Origin: an uncultured Gammaproteobacteria bacterium
GTDB lineage: Bacteria; Patescibacteriota; Microgenomatia; CAZETR01; Amesbacteraceae
DNA length: 64,000 nucleotides
Direction of reading: 5' to 3'
NCBI GenBank assembly: GCA_964518565.1
Contig: CAZFGX010000001.1
Span: forward strand, 905,553-969,552
Shown here: positions 30,444 through 39,341 of the stretch, piece by piece
Layout: every line of letters begins with the position of its first letter
How positions within the stretch are numbered: position 1 is the stretch's first letter
Made by a program: the position numbers and the translations under genes
Notes under the pieces: model-generated
Told to the model about the DNA's origin: nothing
The model's database searches: none
What the model saw: only the letters and a program-made list of their open reading frames with translations

Positions 30444-31025
30444 ATGACTATGAATATCTCCAAAAATAATTATTACCAAGAAAAGCTATCCCAAATCATC
30501 GCCTCAAAGCAAACATATACAGAAATTGAATTTGAAGATTGTGAATTCTTCGAATGTCATTGGATAGATTGCACGTTTGAAAAATGCAAATTTATCAATT
30601 GCCGATTTCATGACTGCCTTATTAGTGCCACCCGACTGACCAATTCGCGCTTTAGAGAAACCATATTCAAAAACTGTAAAGTCATTGGTATTGATTGGAC
30701 TACGACACAAAGTCTTCAGTATCTTTCGTTTGAAAATTGCCAAATAAATTATTCAAACTTTCATGCTCTCTATTTATCTGAATTAAAAATTCTATCCTGC
30801 GAAGCAGTAGAGGTAGACTTCTCTGAAACAAATCTCACCCAAGCAATACTCACAAATACTGATTTCAATCAAAGTATTTTCTCAAAAACCAATCTGCATA
30901 AAGCCGATCTCCAAGGCGCCAAAAACTATTACATTGACCCTCGGCAAAACACCATCAAAGATGCCACTTTTTCACTCCCCGAAGCTCTTTCTCTCCTAGA
31001 AACGTTAGACATAATACTAAAATAA
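30444..31025 (+). CDS. pentapeptide repeat protein (Qnr/McbG-like fold)
   Basis: Regular F/C..F pentapeptide periodicity; KADLQGAKNYYIDP. Confidence 0.88.
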   Translation: MTMNISKNNYYQEKLSQIIASKQTYTEIEFEDCEFFECHWIDCTFEKCKFINCRFHDCLISATRLTNSRFRETIFKNCKVIGIDWTTTQSLQYLSFENCQINYSNFHALYLSELKILSCEAVEVDFSETNLTQAILTNTDFNQSIFSKTNLHKADLQGAKNYYIDPRQNTIKDATFSLPEALSLLETLDIILK

Positions 31026-31472
31026 TTATCGAAACACTCGCTGCTCCTTCAAAATTTTCAAAATCTTTCCTCGCGTACCCACCACTCTTCCAATCATCAC
31101 TCCGGCTGAAATCGCCATACTCATGCCTCCTACCATGGAAGCATAAAAGAAATAGCCAATAATTTGTCTTCGAACAATCACAAATGCTATATAAAGTACC
31201 AGTATCACAATTCCAAACGCATCCAATCGCGATACAATTTTTTTAGCATCATGGTCCCAAGATAAATGAAACATTCGCGCCACTCCAACTCCCAAAAAAA
31301 TTCCCATCACAACACCAAGCAATGCAAACCCCACAGTCACCATACCAAACAAAATTTCATACCCCACTACACCTAGCAACAAAAAGGACAGCACAAAATA
31401 CCACCGCATGCGGTTTTTCAGTTTCTTATCCAAATGCTTTTCCAGCATACGATGACGAATTCGTCTTCCCAT
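31026..31472 (-). CDS. four-TM membrane protein
   Basis: Four hydrophobic segments. Confidence 0.7.
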   Translation of the reverse strand: MGRRIRHRMLEKHLDKKLKNRMRWYFVLSFLLLGVVGYEILFGMVTVGFALLGVVMGIFLGVGVARMFHLSWDHDAKKIVSRLDAFGIVILVLYIAFVIVRRQIIGYFFYASMVGGMSMAISAGVMIGRVVGTRGKILKILKEQRVFR

Positions 31473-31592
31473 GTCATAAATATACAAGAATAAAAAAAGT
31501 GCTGTCTATTCCTAAACAGCGCTATGAAAAACTATTCCAAACTTGTCAATTTAATGTTTTGCGGACCCAAGTCAGAACCCAACTTACGATTG

Positions 31593-32264
31593 CTAACGAG
31601 TCAAAAGTAACAACCGTTTCACACCATTTTCAACTATACGTATATCTTTCTCATCATACGAATGATGCTTCATGTAAACTAAAACTTTCGTTTTCATTTC
31701 TTCAGTCCAACCTCGAAAATTAAAGGTGTCAACATACACTTCCTGACCGCCACTTCCTTTCATATAATTTCTTTCGTTGTTGTCAAAATAAAAAGGAATC
31801 TCAAGTTGGCGTAATACATCAATTACCCTTGCCATAGATCTGTCTTCGCCATCTTTTAATCCTCTATCAACCTTATTAAGCATCTTCTGGACGCCTGCTT
31901 TTGAAAAGGTCTCACCATATACTCGCTCTCGAAAATTCAAAGACAAACCCTTTCCATTCAATCTACCATATGCTGCATATATCCGAGGAAAATTATCAGG
32001 AAATAAAGTGCAAAGAATTTGATGGTTATAGTACACCGCCTTGGCTTCTTCAGGTGAAGATTCCTTATAACTCACTGCAACCAACTTATCTGGATCATTT
32101 TCCAATGCCGCTACAGCCATTCTTCCTCCCTCACCTACAAAATTCCAATCTGTTTTTAATAGTTGTGCTACATCATTACTCGACACATTTCCGCGCTCAA
32201 ACAAGTCTTGTAAAACAATTCGAGAATCAACAGATAAAGATTCTGATGAAAAAAGTTCGGGCAT
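31593..32264 (-). CDS. orphan protein with protein-kinase-like motifs
   Basis: FVGEGG, FPRIY, FDNNERNYM, VYVDT. Confidence 0.55.
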   Translation of the reverse strand: MPELFSSESLSVDSRIVLQDLFERGNVSSNDVAQLLKTDWNFVGEGGRMAVAALENDPDKLVAVSYKESSPEEAKAVYYNHQILCTLFPDNFPRIYAAYGRLNGKGLSLNFRERVYGETFSKAGVQKMLNKVDRGLKDGEDRSMARVIDVLRQLEIPFYFDNNERNYMKGSGGQEVYVDTFNFRGWTEEMKTKVLVYMKHHSYDEKDIRIVENGVKRLLLLTR

Positions 32265-32268
32265 ACAT

Positions 32269-32472
32269 TTATTTCTTGTATTCCAAAATATCTCCCGGCT
32301 GACAGTCCAATGCTTTACAAATAGCTTCCAATGTTGAAAAACGAATTGCGCGCGCCTTATCATTTTTCAAAATCGACAAATTTGCCATCGTAATCCCCAC
32401 CTTGTCTGCTAGTTCCGTCACACTCATTTTTCGCCTTGCCAGCATCACGTCTAGATTAATCACAATTCCCAT
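32269..32472 (-). CDS. YozG-like Cro/C1 HTH regulator
   Basis: NLDVMLARRKMSVTELADKVGITMANLSILK...CQPGDILEY. Confidence 0.95.
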   Translation of the reverse strand: MGIVINLDVMLARRKMSVTELADKVGITMANLSILKNDKARAIRFSTLEAICKALDCQPGDILEYKK

Positions 32473-32476
32473 ATAT

Positions 32477-32953
32477 TTAAATCGTTAATTCATTTTCTGA
32501 TTTTAAATCCACTGCATTTTTGAATAGCTTTTCAAATACAGCCGCCGCAGTCGCAATCACGGCAATTGCAAACGACACCATAAACCCCAACATAATCGGC
32601 CCAGTAGGATCATCACCATTTGCAAAAAACCTTAAATATAACTGTGCCGCAACAATAAAACCAATTTGCAAAATAGAAACCAATTTAATATTCCGTAGTC
32701 TCTTCACTGCTTCCTTGGAAAACGCTCTATTCGCATCAATCAACTGCAACAATTTAAAAGCTTGAAACAGTCCTACAAAAAACGGTATTGATCCAATGTA
32801 TATATAGATAATTAGCGGATCAGCATAAATCTGCAACAGACTCAACCCTTGTGCCCGTCCTTCAGTCTGTGGAAATCTAATCATCATAGCCACTACTCCC
32901 ACGGCCACCATCAACAGCACCAATTTCAAAAAACCTGTTGTTCCTCGTTTCAT
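32477..32953 (-). CDS. DUF2975 (YoaS-like) membrane protein
   Basis: C-terminal AVDLKSENELTI; usual partner of YozG. Confidence 0.92.
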   Translation of the reverse strand: MKRGTTGFLKLVLLMVAVGVVAMMIRFPQTEGRAQGLSLLQIYADPLIIYIYIGSIPFFVGLFQAFKLLQLIDANRAFSKEAVKRLRNIKLVSILQIGFIVAAQLYLRFFANGDDPTGPIMLGFMVSFAIAVIATAAAVFEKLFKNAVDLKSENELTI

Positions 32954-33055
32954 ATCATAATAATAATTGATTATTTATCGTTTGTCAATAAATTATTATT
33001 GATATACATAACATTACCTCTAAAATAGCTTATCAAATAAGCTATACTTCCATAT

Positions 33056-33958
33056 ATGCTTACCGAAGAAAAAATTCGTCAAACTGAAAACGTAGAAGTT
33101 CCCCCACCCTCCGCAGAACTATTCAACAAACTTACAAGAATCGAGTCTCTACCAGAAACAGAATCTTCAAAACAACTTAAAGACATTCTCAAACAAAAAT
33201 CCCAAGACATGCTAAAAGCGTGGCAAGACAGAGGTTTTATATCTACCCAAGAAGCAAACTCTGTCAGCACTGCTTGGGAGAATACCATTATATTAGACAG
33301 CCAAGGAATGGAAATGTTTGGCCAATATCAATCTTCTATTTTTGAAAAAGCCAAAATAGAATTAGACGCCAGAAATTCAGAACCAGAGATGGCCACCTTA
33401 GCCGAAAAAGCCAAAGCAATAATTGAATCTACAAAACTTACCTGCAAACAAGCTGGTGCTCTCACCTTTAGACCCAGCTCTATGCAAGCCGAAGAATCCA
33501 ACATCGACACACCTCTTCCCTCATTTATTCTTATAAACACAGATAAAACCACCACAGAAAATCCAGGAAAAATAAACGCTACTGCATTTGAAGAAACTGC
33601 CCACCTCATCAGCAAGTTAAGCCAATATCCAGAAGCCAACACCAAATGGCTAGAAGAAACCATGGCTCGAGTTGTAGCATTTGAAACTCCCTCTGCTCAT
33701 GGCGACCAAAACGAAAAAGATTCAAAGACAGCTGCAGATATACTCAGATATCATGACTACAAATTATTGTTTCATATAGTAAATAAACAAATTGGCGATA
33801 ACGGCGAAACCCTACTTCGGATGTTTTTTGGTCGAGAACCACTCAATAGTCCACTTGTTTCAAAAGCCGAAAAAGCCATCAAATCAGTAGACATGATCGC
33901 TCAAATAGTTGACGCTGGCATACCCCTCGACAACCTCCTCGAACAAAAGGATAAGTAA
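33056..33958 (+). CDS. orphan protein with a degenerate zincin-like motif
   Basis: AFEETAHL...WLEETMA; TATACT-7nt-ATG. Confidence 0.65.
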   Translation: MLTEEKIRQTENVEVPPPSAELFNKLTRIESLPETESSKQLKDILKQKSQDMLKAWQDRGFISTQEANSVSTAWENTIILDSQGMEMFGQYQSSIFEKAKIELDARNSEPEMATLAEKAKAIIESTKLTCKQAGALTFRPSSMQAEESNIDTPLPSFILINTDKTTTENPGKINATAFEETAHLISKLSQYPEANTKWLEETMARVVAFETPSAHGDQNEKDSKTAADILRYHDYKLLFHIVNKQIGDNGETLLRMFFGREPLNSPLVSKAEKAIKSVDMIAQIVDAGIPLDNLLEQKDK

Positions 33959-34219
33959 ACCTTATTTCCTGCTACAATTAATTTACGAAATGGTTGATTG
34001 CTTTGTATTATTGGCGATGGCAACAGTGGCCAAGGTTTCAATACTGCATCTGGCGGCATTGGACCTGGCCAATCCTACAACATCCAATCGTATATCAATA
34101 TAAATAAACCCAACGGCACATATTCAGGAGCCAATGTTGTGAAATATGGCGACAACTGTTCCACCACCAATGGCACAGTCATCGACACAGTCTCTTACAC
34201 TATTACCCTTACTGATTAA
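33959..34219 (+). pseudogene. probable remnant of a surface-protein gene
   Basis: G/N/S/T-rich protein-like frame with no good start; in-frame TGA just before the TTG. Confidence 0.35.
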
Positions 34220-34239
34220 TATTGTGTATAATAATTAGT

Positions 34240-34476
34240 ATGAAAACCATGACTTGCAAACAATTAGCCGGAGCCTGTGACTTGGAATTTCATGCCGAAA
34301 CTTTTGATGACATAGCCAAGCTTAGCCAACAACACGGCATGGAAATGTTTCAAAAAGGAGATGCTCCCCATCTGGAGGCTCAACAAAAAATGATGCAGCT
34401 TATGTCAGATCCTACTGCAATGCAAAAATGGATGGATGAAAAACGCGCCGAATTTGACGCCCTGCCCACTGCTTAA
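34240..34476 (+). CDS. DUF1059-like small protein
   Basis: MKTMTCKQLAGACD; first 24 nt identical to the gene at 13951. Confidence 0.8.
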   Translation: MKTMTCKQLAGACDLEFHAETFDDIAKLSQQHGMEMFQKGDAPHLEAQQKMMQLMSDPTAMQKWMDEKRAEFDALPTA

Positions 34477-34781
34477 ACTTTTATCTCCAAAGTAAAACTT
34501 ATCTGTTTATTCACCTCCACCTTCTCCTTCTTTCTCACCTCTGCTTTAAGCGGTAAAAGATATGCATTCAGCTTTTTATCCGGAAAAATTGATGTCTCCC
34601 AAACAGTTTTCCCCAGAGTTACTTTTACCGCCAGTGACCCCCAACCTCTCTTAAAATCTCCAAATTGTTGCTTAATTTCTTTTGACATCTCCTCAGGTAT
34701 CGTCACAAAATACCAACCCGCCATGCTCGGATACACCCAAACGTCTGCCTGCAATTTATATCTTTTATTATCACTACTCAT
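34473..34781 (-). CDS. DUF1905 domain protein
   Basis: WYFVTIP, RGWGSLAVKV, WETSIFPD, YLLPLKAEVRKKE. Confidence 0.88.
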   Translation of the reverse strand: MSSDNKRYKLQADVWVYPSMAGWYFVTIPEEMSKEIKQQFGDFKRGWGSLAVKVTLGKTVWETSIFPDKKLNAYLLPLKAEVRKKEKVEVNKQISFTLEIKV

Positions 34782-35136
34782 TCTTATTTTTACTATTCAA
34801 TTTCACCGCTTCCTGAATCAATTTCACAAAAGCCTCCTCATCAATCTTGTCATTCTCGTGAATCAAAATTGCTCTGTGGGCGTTAATAATCCCTTTCGGG
34901 TCATAGTCTTTCAGTTCTACTCCTTTAGACAAGGTTAGTCTCAAATGTTGTTTATAAATCTCTCCTGTCGAAATAATTCCATTTTTACTCCATACCAAAT
35001 TTCCATCTGGATTAGACGGTTTTCTCCACTTCACCTCCTCCACAATTTCCGAATTGGCTTCGGCCATCAACTGCCGAATTTTTGTCATCACCTCTCCCCG
35101 CCAATCATTAGGTAATGGATAATCAATTTTTATCAT
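34774..35136 (-). CDS. DUF1801 domain protein
   Basis: DWRGE, IVEEVKW, GVELKDYDPKG. Confidence 0.82.
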   Translation of the reverse strand: MIKIDYPLPNDWRGEVMTKIRQLMAEANSEIVEEVKWRKPSNPDGNLVWSKNGIISTGEIYKQHLRLTLSKGVELKDYDPKGIINAHRAILIHENDKIDEEAFVKLIQEAVKLNSKNKNE

Positions 35137-35353
35137 AACGATTCCTTGGTTGTGAATTTGTTTTTAAAGACTCCAATAAAATCTTAGCATCTTTGCTAAT
35201 TGCCAAAACTGCCTCCTCAAAAACTTTTTTATTCACTTGTGACGGCTGTCTAAACCCCGACAACTTTCTCACAAATTGCAATGCAGCAGCAGATATTTCG
35301 TCTGCTGTTGCTGGCGGATCAAAATTGTAAAGTGTTTTTATACTTCTACACAT
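35123..35353 (-). CDS. DUF2277 domain protein
   Basis: MCRSIKTLYNFDPPATADEISAAALQFVRKLSG. Confidence 0.9.
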   Translation of the reverse strand: MCRSIKTLYNFDPPATADEISAAALQFVRKLSGFRQPSQVNKKVFEEAVLAISKDAKILLESLKTNSQPRNRYDKN

Positions 35354-35376
35354 AGTTATCAGTCATTATAAAACGT

Positions 35377-35745
35377 TTACTCCACATCAAATTTATCATT
35401 CGCCACACTCGGAGCCTTTATGACCAATAGTTCTGTATTAGGCTGAGCACTAATATTTCGCAATGCTGCTTCGGGATACACTACCAAAAAATCCCGCTGT
35501 TTTAGTTCTACTGTTTCTCCATTTATCTCCACCACGTACCCACCAGAAACAACTACATTCACCTCGACTCCTACTTTATGAAAATGTGCTTGATTTTCTT
35601 CAAAATGCGTCGGCAATTTTTTCCAAGCCACTTCCATCTCTTCAGTTGCTAAATCGGGAAAGCCCTTATCTCCTTAAAACCTACCCACAAAATATCCCTT
35701 CGTCGATTCAAAGTCGTCCACGGTTCCTTTTACAAATTTATTCAC
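35377..35745 (-). pseudogene. cupin-like gene with an in-frame TAA at codon 24
   Basis: GTG(35745) MNKFVKGTVDDFESTKGYFVGRF*GDKGFPDLATEEMEVAWK...HFHKVGVEVNVVVSG; stop at 35674-35676. Confidence 0.6.
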
Positions 35746-36238
35746 CCGCATTTCGGATTGCTTCAAGATCAAGTTTTTTCATCGGCATAAACACTTTTGT
35801 AACAGCTTCCGCTTTTTTAGGATCACGCATATATTCATCCAAAATCCTTGGGGTTACTTGCCATGTGACACCAAATTTATCTGTACACCAACCACATTGT
35901 TCGGCTTCAGGTACAGCAGACAGTTTCTCCCAGAAAAAATCTATCTCTTCTTGAGTTTCACATTCGATAATATAAGAAGTTGCGCCATTAAGTTTGAATT
36001 GCTCCACAGGACCACCATTAAGAAACATAAAACTAATTCCATCAATATCACATTCCGCTGTCATGACAGACCCCTCTGGCCTGCCAGACACTTCTTCGCT
36101 GGCCTTTGGCGCTTTGGTAACATCTCCCATTTTAGCCTCGTGATTCCCTGGAGCCGAATTAAAAGTATCCATATAATACTTTACCGCCTCTTCACCATTG
36201 TTATTGGCAAACCAGATACATGTAATTAGTTTACTCAT
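35738..36238 (-). CDS. VOC family 3-demethylubiquinone-9 3-MT-like protein
   Basis: ITCIWF, CETQEEIDFFWEKLS, CGWCTDKFGVTWQV. Confidence 0.9.
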   Translation of the reverse strand: MSKLITCIWFANNNGEEAVKYYMDTFNSAPGNHEAKMGDVTKAPKASEEVSGRPEGSVMTAECDIDGISFMFLNGGPVEQFKLNGATSYIIECETQEEIDFFWEKLSAVPEAEQCGWCTDKFGVTWQVTPRILDEYMRDPKKAEAVTKVFMPMKKLDLEAIRNAGE

Positions 36239-36239
36239 T

Positions 36240-36665
36240 TTAGTTTGTACAAAACTCAATTATCCACTCAATCCCATATTTATCTCGAAACATTCCTGCA
36301 TAAGATCCCCAAGGACTCTCTCCCATCGGCCCCTCCACTTCTCCCTCAACCGACAATCCATCAAACCATTTCTGTGCTTGGTCTTTAGTATCCGCCTTCA
36401 CCAAAATTTTACTTCTATTCTCTCGCTCATTTACTTTGCCCAACACCTCTGGCACATCGTTAGCAATCAACAAATTATCTTTCCCAATCGGTAAGGCAAT
36501 ATACATGATTTTATTTTCCTCTTTCGGATCCACTGGAAATTCCGCCGTCGCAATATCTTTAAACCGCACAATCTTTTCGAACTCTCCCCCAAAAACAGAT
36601 TTATAAAAATCAAACGCCTCCTGCGCATTCCCGTTAAAATTGATCCAAGGATTCAAACTCGCCAT
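36240..36665 (-). CDS. VOC family PhnB-like protein
   Basis: NPWINFNGNAQEAFDFYKSVFGG, PWGSYAGMFRDKYGIEW. Confidence 0.9.
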   Translation of the reverse strand: MASLNPWINFNGNAQEAFDFYKSVFGGEFEKIVRFKDIATAEFPVDPKEENKIMYIALPIGKDNLLIANDVPEVLGKVNERENRSKILVKADTKDQAQKWFDGLSVEGEVEGPMGESPWGSYAGMFRDKYGIEWIIEFCTN

Positions 36666-36735
36666 TCACAAATGATAACAAATTAAAGTAAAAAGACAAA
36701 AATAGTCCAATTAGAAATTATTTCACACAAATAGC

Positions 36736-37218
36736 TTAATTCTGATTAAGGAGTTCGTGAATAGTTTTAATTAACTCAACGTCCTCAATGTCGTATTGGC
36801 AGCTTCCAATAGACTCAACTCCACTCTGAGTAAAAATATAATACGTAACTTCTGGCCCATCGTATGCACTCGGACACATTTCTGTAAAAGGTTTGGATTT
36901 TATTTTCTCAAAATCTGTACTTTGAATTTCACTCGTAAGGATAGACAGTTCATTTTTGCCCAATTTCACACTCGACCCCTGACCATTTAAAGAATCGCCA
37001 TTTTTTCTAATAAAAGATTGAGAAAAACAAGGACCGTCTGGACACAACCCCCCCTCCGCATTTATCACGACCAAATAGTCACTTGAAGACTCTATCGTTT
37101 TTTTATCAATTGGAGTTCTGTTTGGGTAGAAATAAGTTTTGTATATGTAAAACAAACCGCAGACAGCAACCCCTAAGACCAGGAAAAACACTAATCGCCT
37201 TCTCATTAACCAAGCCAT
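36736..37218 (-). CDS. exported hypothetical protein
   Basis: TM anchor; GGLCPDGPC, CPSAYDG. Confidence 0.72.
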   Translation of the reverse strand: MAWLMRRRLVFFLVLGVAVCGLFYIYKTYFYPNRTPIDKKTIESSSDYLVVINAEGGLCPDGPCFSQSFIRKNGDSLNGQGSSVKLGKNELSILTSEIQSTDFEKIKSKPFTEMCPSAYDGPEVTYYIFTQSGVESIGSCQYDIEDVELIKTIHELLNQN

Positions 37219-37322
37219 ATAACCAGAATATCACTTTTGAATTAATGTTTAACGAGTAGTGTGAGAATTAAAAATTCGAAGCTAAAATGTCTGGCTCCGC
37301 CTTTAAGAGGCTATCCGAATGT

Positions 37323-37811
37323 TTAATTTAGCAAATTATCATTCAGATCTATTTGCTTTTTGAGCTCCACAAAATAACTCCATTTTTTGTCCTGATCGGA
37401 AAGAGAATTATAAAAAGCCTTAATTGTTTTATGCATCTTCTTCCCAATAGATAAATGGGGCCAAGGTTTAGTTTTTGCTCCATACCGATTTCTGGTATAG
37501 GTTAAATGAGCAACCTGCTTATCAGCTTTTCTTGCAACAAACAACAAATCCTTCTTCATTGTTTTGTTTTGTTTAAAAGTAAATAGGTTAGATGAATAAT
37601 GATATGCGAACATGTCATCAGGTCGCCTAACTTTCATTCTCTTTGGATAGAAGAAATCAAGAAGGCTTCTGGCATGTATTGCAAATGCGTCAAGAAGAAT
37701 ATTAACTTCAATATGGTTTCTAGGAGTTAGTAAAAGTAATAAAGTTTGGTAGAACATCCAAATTTCATAATAAATATGCTCGGATGCCTTTTTTAACTTC
37801 CGTTTTGTCAT
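37323..37811 (-). CDS. HEPN-like helical protein
   Basis: HIYYEIWMF, LLDAFAIHARSLLDFF, RKADKQVAHLTYTR. Confidence 0.6.
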   Translation of the reverse strand: MTKRKLKKASEHIYYEIWMFYQTLLLLLTPRNHIEVNILLDAFAIHARSLLDFFYPKRMKVRRPDDMFAYHYSSNLFTFKQNKTMKKDLLFVARKADKQVAHLTYTRNRYGAKTKPWPHLSIGKKMHKTIKAFYNSLSDQDKKWSYFVELKKQIDLNDNLLN

Positions 37812-37844
37812 GAGTATTATGAAGTTCGGATAACGTCTATAGTG

Positions 37845-38106
37845 CTCCCCCGCAGGGATTCGAACCCCGAACCTTTTCGTTACAAGAACCCTCGCATTAC
37901 TGCAAGGCTTGGACTATCTCATCGACCACATGGGCCGCCAGGTATATAGTCTCTACACATTTACTACATATATTTATATGTAGATTTAGCTCGGGATTGT
38001 CCTACAAATGTAGGAGTTCCCCGAATTAGCCTGATTTTTCCACTCGATGTTGCCACCAAGGGCTGCCAATTGACAGCGAATTGCTCTACCGTTGAGCTAC
38101 AGGGGA
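37845..38106 (-). tRNA. tRNA-Asn(GTT), intron-split (exons 38106-38073 and 37882-37845)
   Basis: Joined exons fold: TCCCCTG/CGGGGGA acceptor, G73, D-arm GCTC/GAGC, loop CT-GT^T-AA, T-loop TTCGAAT; CCA not encoded. Confidence 0.92.
37883..38072 (-). ncRNA. group I self-splicing intron, 190 nt, no ORF
   Basis: P1 GCTGT/GCAGC with U.G at the splice site; P AATTCGGGGAA, Q AATCCCGAGC, R GTAGAGACTA, S GATAGTCC; GNRA loops on P2 and P9; terminal G. Confidence 0.92.
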
Positions 38107-38227
38107 ATAAATTGTTAATGTAATTCACCTGTACCAACGGTTCCGTTGAGCTATCACGATCCCGCAATGCGGGAGAGAGATAGAGAAATTTAGCTTGGCT
38201 AAATTTCGATACAGGGGAATAAATTGT
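38089..38227 (-). repeat. interrupted duplicate of the tRNA-Asn 5' end in its leader
   Basis: 27 bp (38089-38115) repeated as 38143-38153 + 38212-38227, split by a 56-bp palindromic insert flanked by TA. Confidence 0.75.
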
Positions 38228-38281
38228 CAAACCACATTATACTGCACTCCAGCAAAACCTTGTAGAACCTACAAAAACCAC

Positions 38282-38308
38282 AAACACTCCTCACGGGCAG
38301 GAGTGTTC
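38282..38308. terminator. stem-loop downstream of the DUF378 gene
   Basis: AACACTCCT..AGGAGTGTT. Confidence 0.55.
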
Positions 38309-38324
38309 GTACAAAAAACAACGA

Positions 38325-38567
38325 CTATTTCTTTTTCTTCTTAGACTTCATGTCATTCATACACAACATGCAGGTTTTCATATGATTGGCCGCTTCCCAT
38401 ACAGCAGAAGCACCTACGGCTATATATACCAAACTTTCCAACACTGGCATCATGCCAAAAATCACATGCACCACATTCAATCCCAGCAGTCCAACGAGTC
38501 CCCAATTTACTCCACCAACAATAACCAAAATCCAAGTGACCATATGTAGTTGTTTCACATCTCTCAC
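38325..38567 (-). CDS. DUF378 membrane protein
   Basis: LVIVGGVNWGLVGL..NVV..IFG..VYIAVGASA. Confidence 0.88.
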   Translation of the reverse strand: MRDVKQLHMVTWILVIVGGVNWGLVGLLGLNVVHVIFGMMPVLESLVYIAVGASAVWEAANHMKTCMLCMNDMKSKKKKK

Positions 38568-38695
38568 CCCCTCAAAAAATATCTATATCTACTATACACA
38601 TTCTTCACGCGATTCTCATCCAGATATCTTACGCCCCTCTTACCCAGGCTGGTTAGACTAAAAAATATGAAATTCAAAGGAGGTGAATACAACAA

Positions 38696-39259
38696 ATGAA
38701 AACAGTGTTAATCGTTCTAATTGGTGTAGTAATTCTCGGTGGTTTAGTCTGGTACGCCGCCGAAAGTCAAAATCAGACTCCCATGACCAATCAAACAGTG
38801 GACGCACCTAGCGACTACGATCTGTCCAACTCGCCTACCACCACCTCAACTCCACCTATGGGCACTACCAATATCAGCCCTACCAGCTCTGAAGCCATGA
38901 CCTCTTCGCCAGTCACAACCCAAGCGGTCACCAGCTTAGTGATCAAGCTTGGATCAGTCAACGATTCCGGTCAAACAGGTACCGCCACACTGACTGAATC
39001 AAACGGCAAGGTCACAGTCAAAATTATGCTCACTGGCACACCCACAGGCTCAGACGAACCTGCCCATATACACACAGGACAATGTCCAGACGTGGGTGAC
39101 GTAAAGTATCCTCTGGCCAACGTTAAAAATGGCCAATCCACGACCCAAATCAACGCCACGATCGCCCAACTGCAAAATCAATTGCCACTGGCAATCAATG
39201 TCCACAAATCCGCCGCGGAATCCAAAACCTATACTGCCTGCGGCGATCTAATCTTCTAA
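38696..39259 (+). CDS. exported CHRD/Cu-Zn-SOD-like domain protein
   Basis: SD AAGGAGGTG; TM, S/T/P linker, PAHIHTGQC, AINVHKS, ACGDL. Confidence 0.75.
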   Translation: MKTVLIVLIGVVILGGLVWYAAESQNQTPMTNQTVDAPSDYDLSNSPTTTSTPPMGTTNISPTSSEAMTSSPVTTQAVTSLVIKLGSVNDSGQTGTATLTESNGKVTVKIMLTGTPTGSDEPAHIHTGQCPDVGDVKYPLANVKNGQSTTQINATIAQLQNQLPLAINVHKSAAESKTYTACGDLIF

Positions 39260-39310
39260 AAAATCGCGCCTCATATCATGCAAAAAAGCAAAATGAGGCG
39301 CATTTTTTTT
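39258..39310. terminator. bidirectional intrinsic terminator
   Basis: A-run, GCGCCTCAT...ATGAGGCGC, T-run. Confidence 0.75.
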
Positions 39311-39341
39311 CGCCAAGTCAGTATAATAACTCGCACATCCC

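Noticed and set aside
38070-38076. tRNA-Asp(GTC) reading
   Set aside because: The C belongs to the intron; the spliced loop is GTT and the acceptor stem is Asn-type.
37964-38230. 88-aa ORF, possibly a homing endonuclease
   Set aside because: It overlaps the tRNA exon and intron core and has no LAGLIDADG, HNH or GIY-YIG motif.
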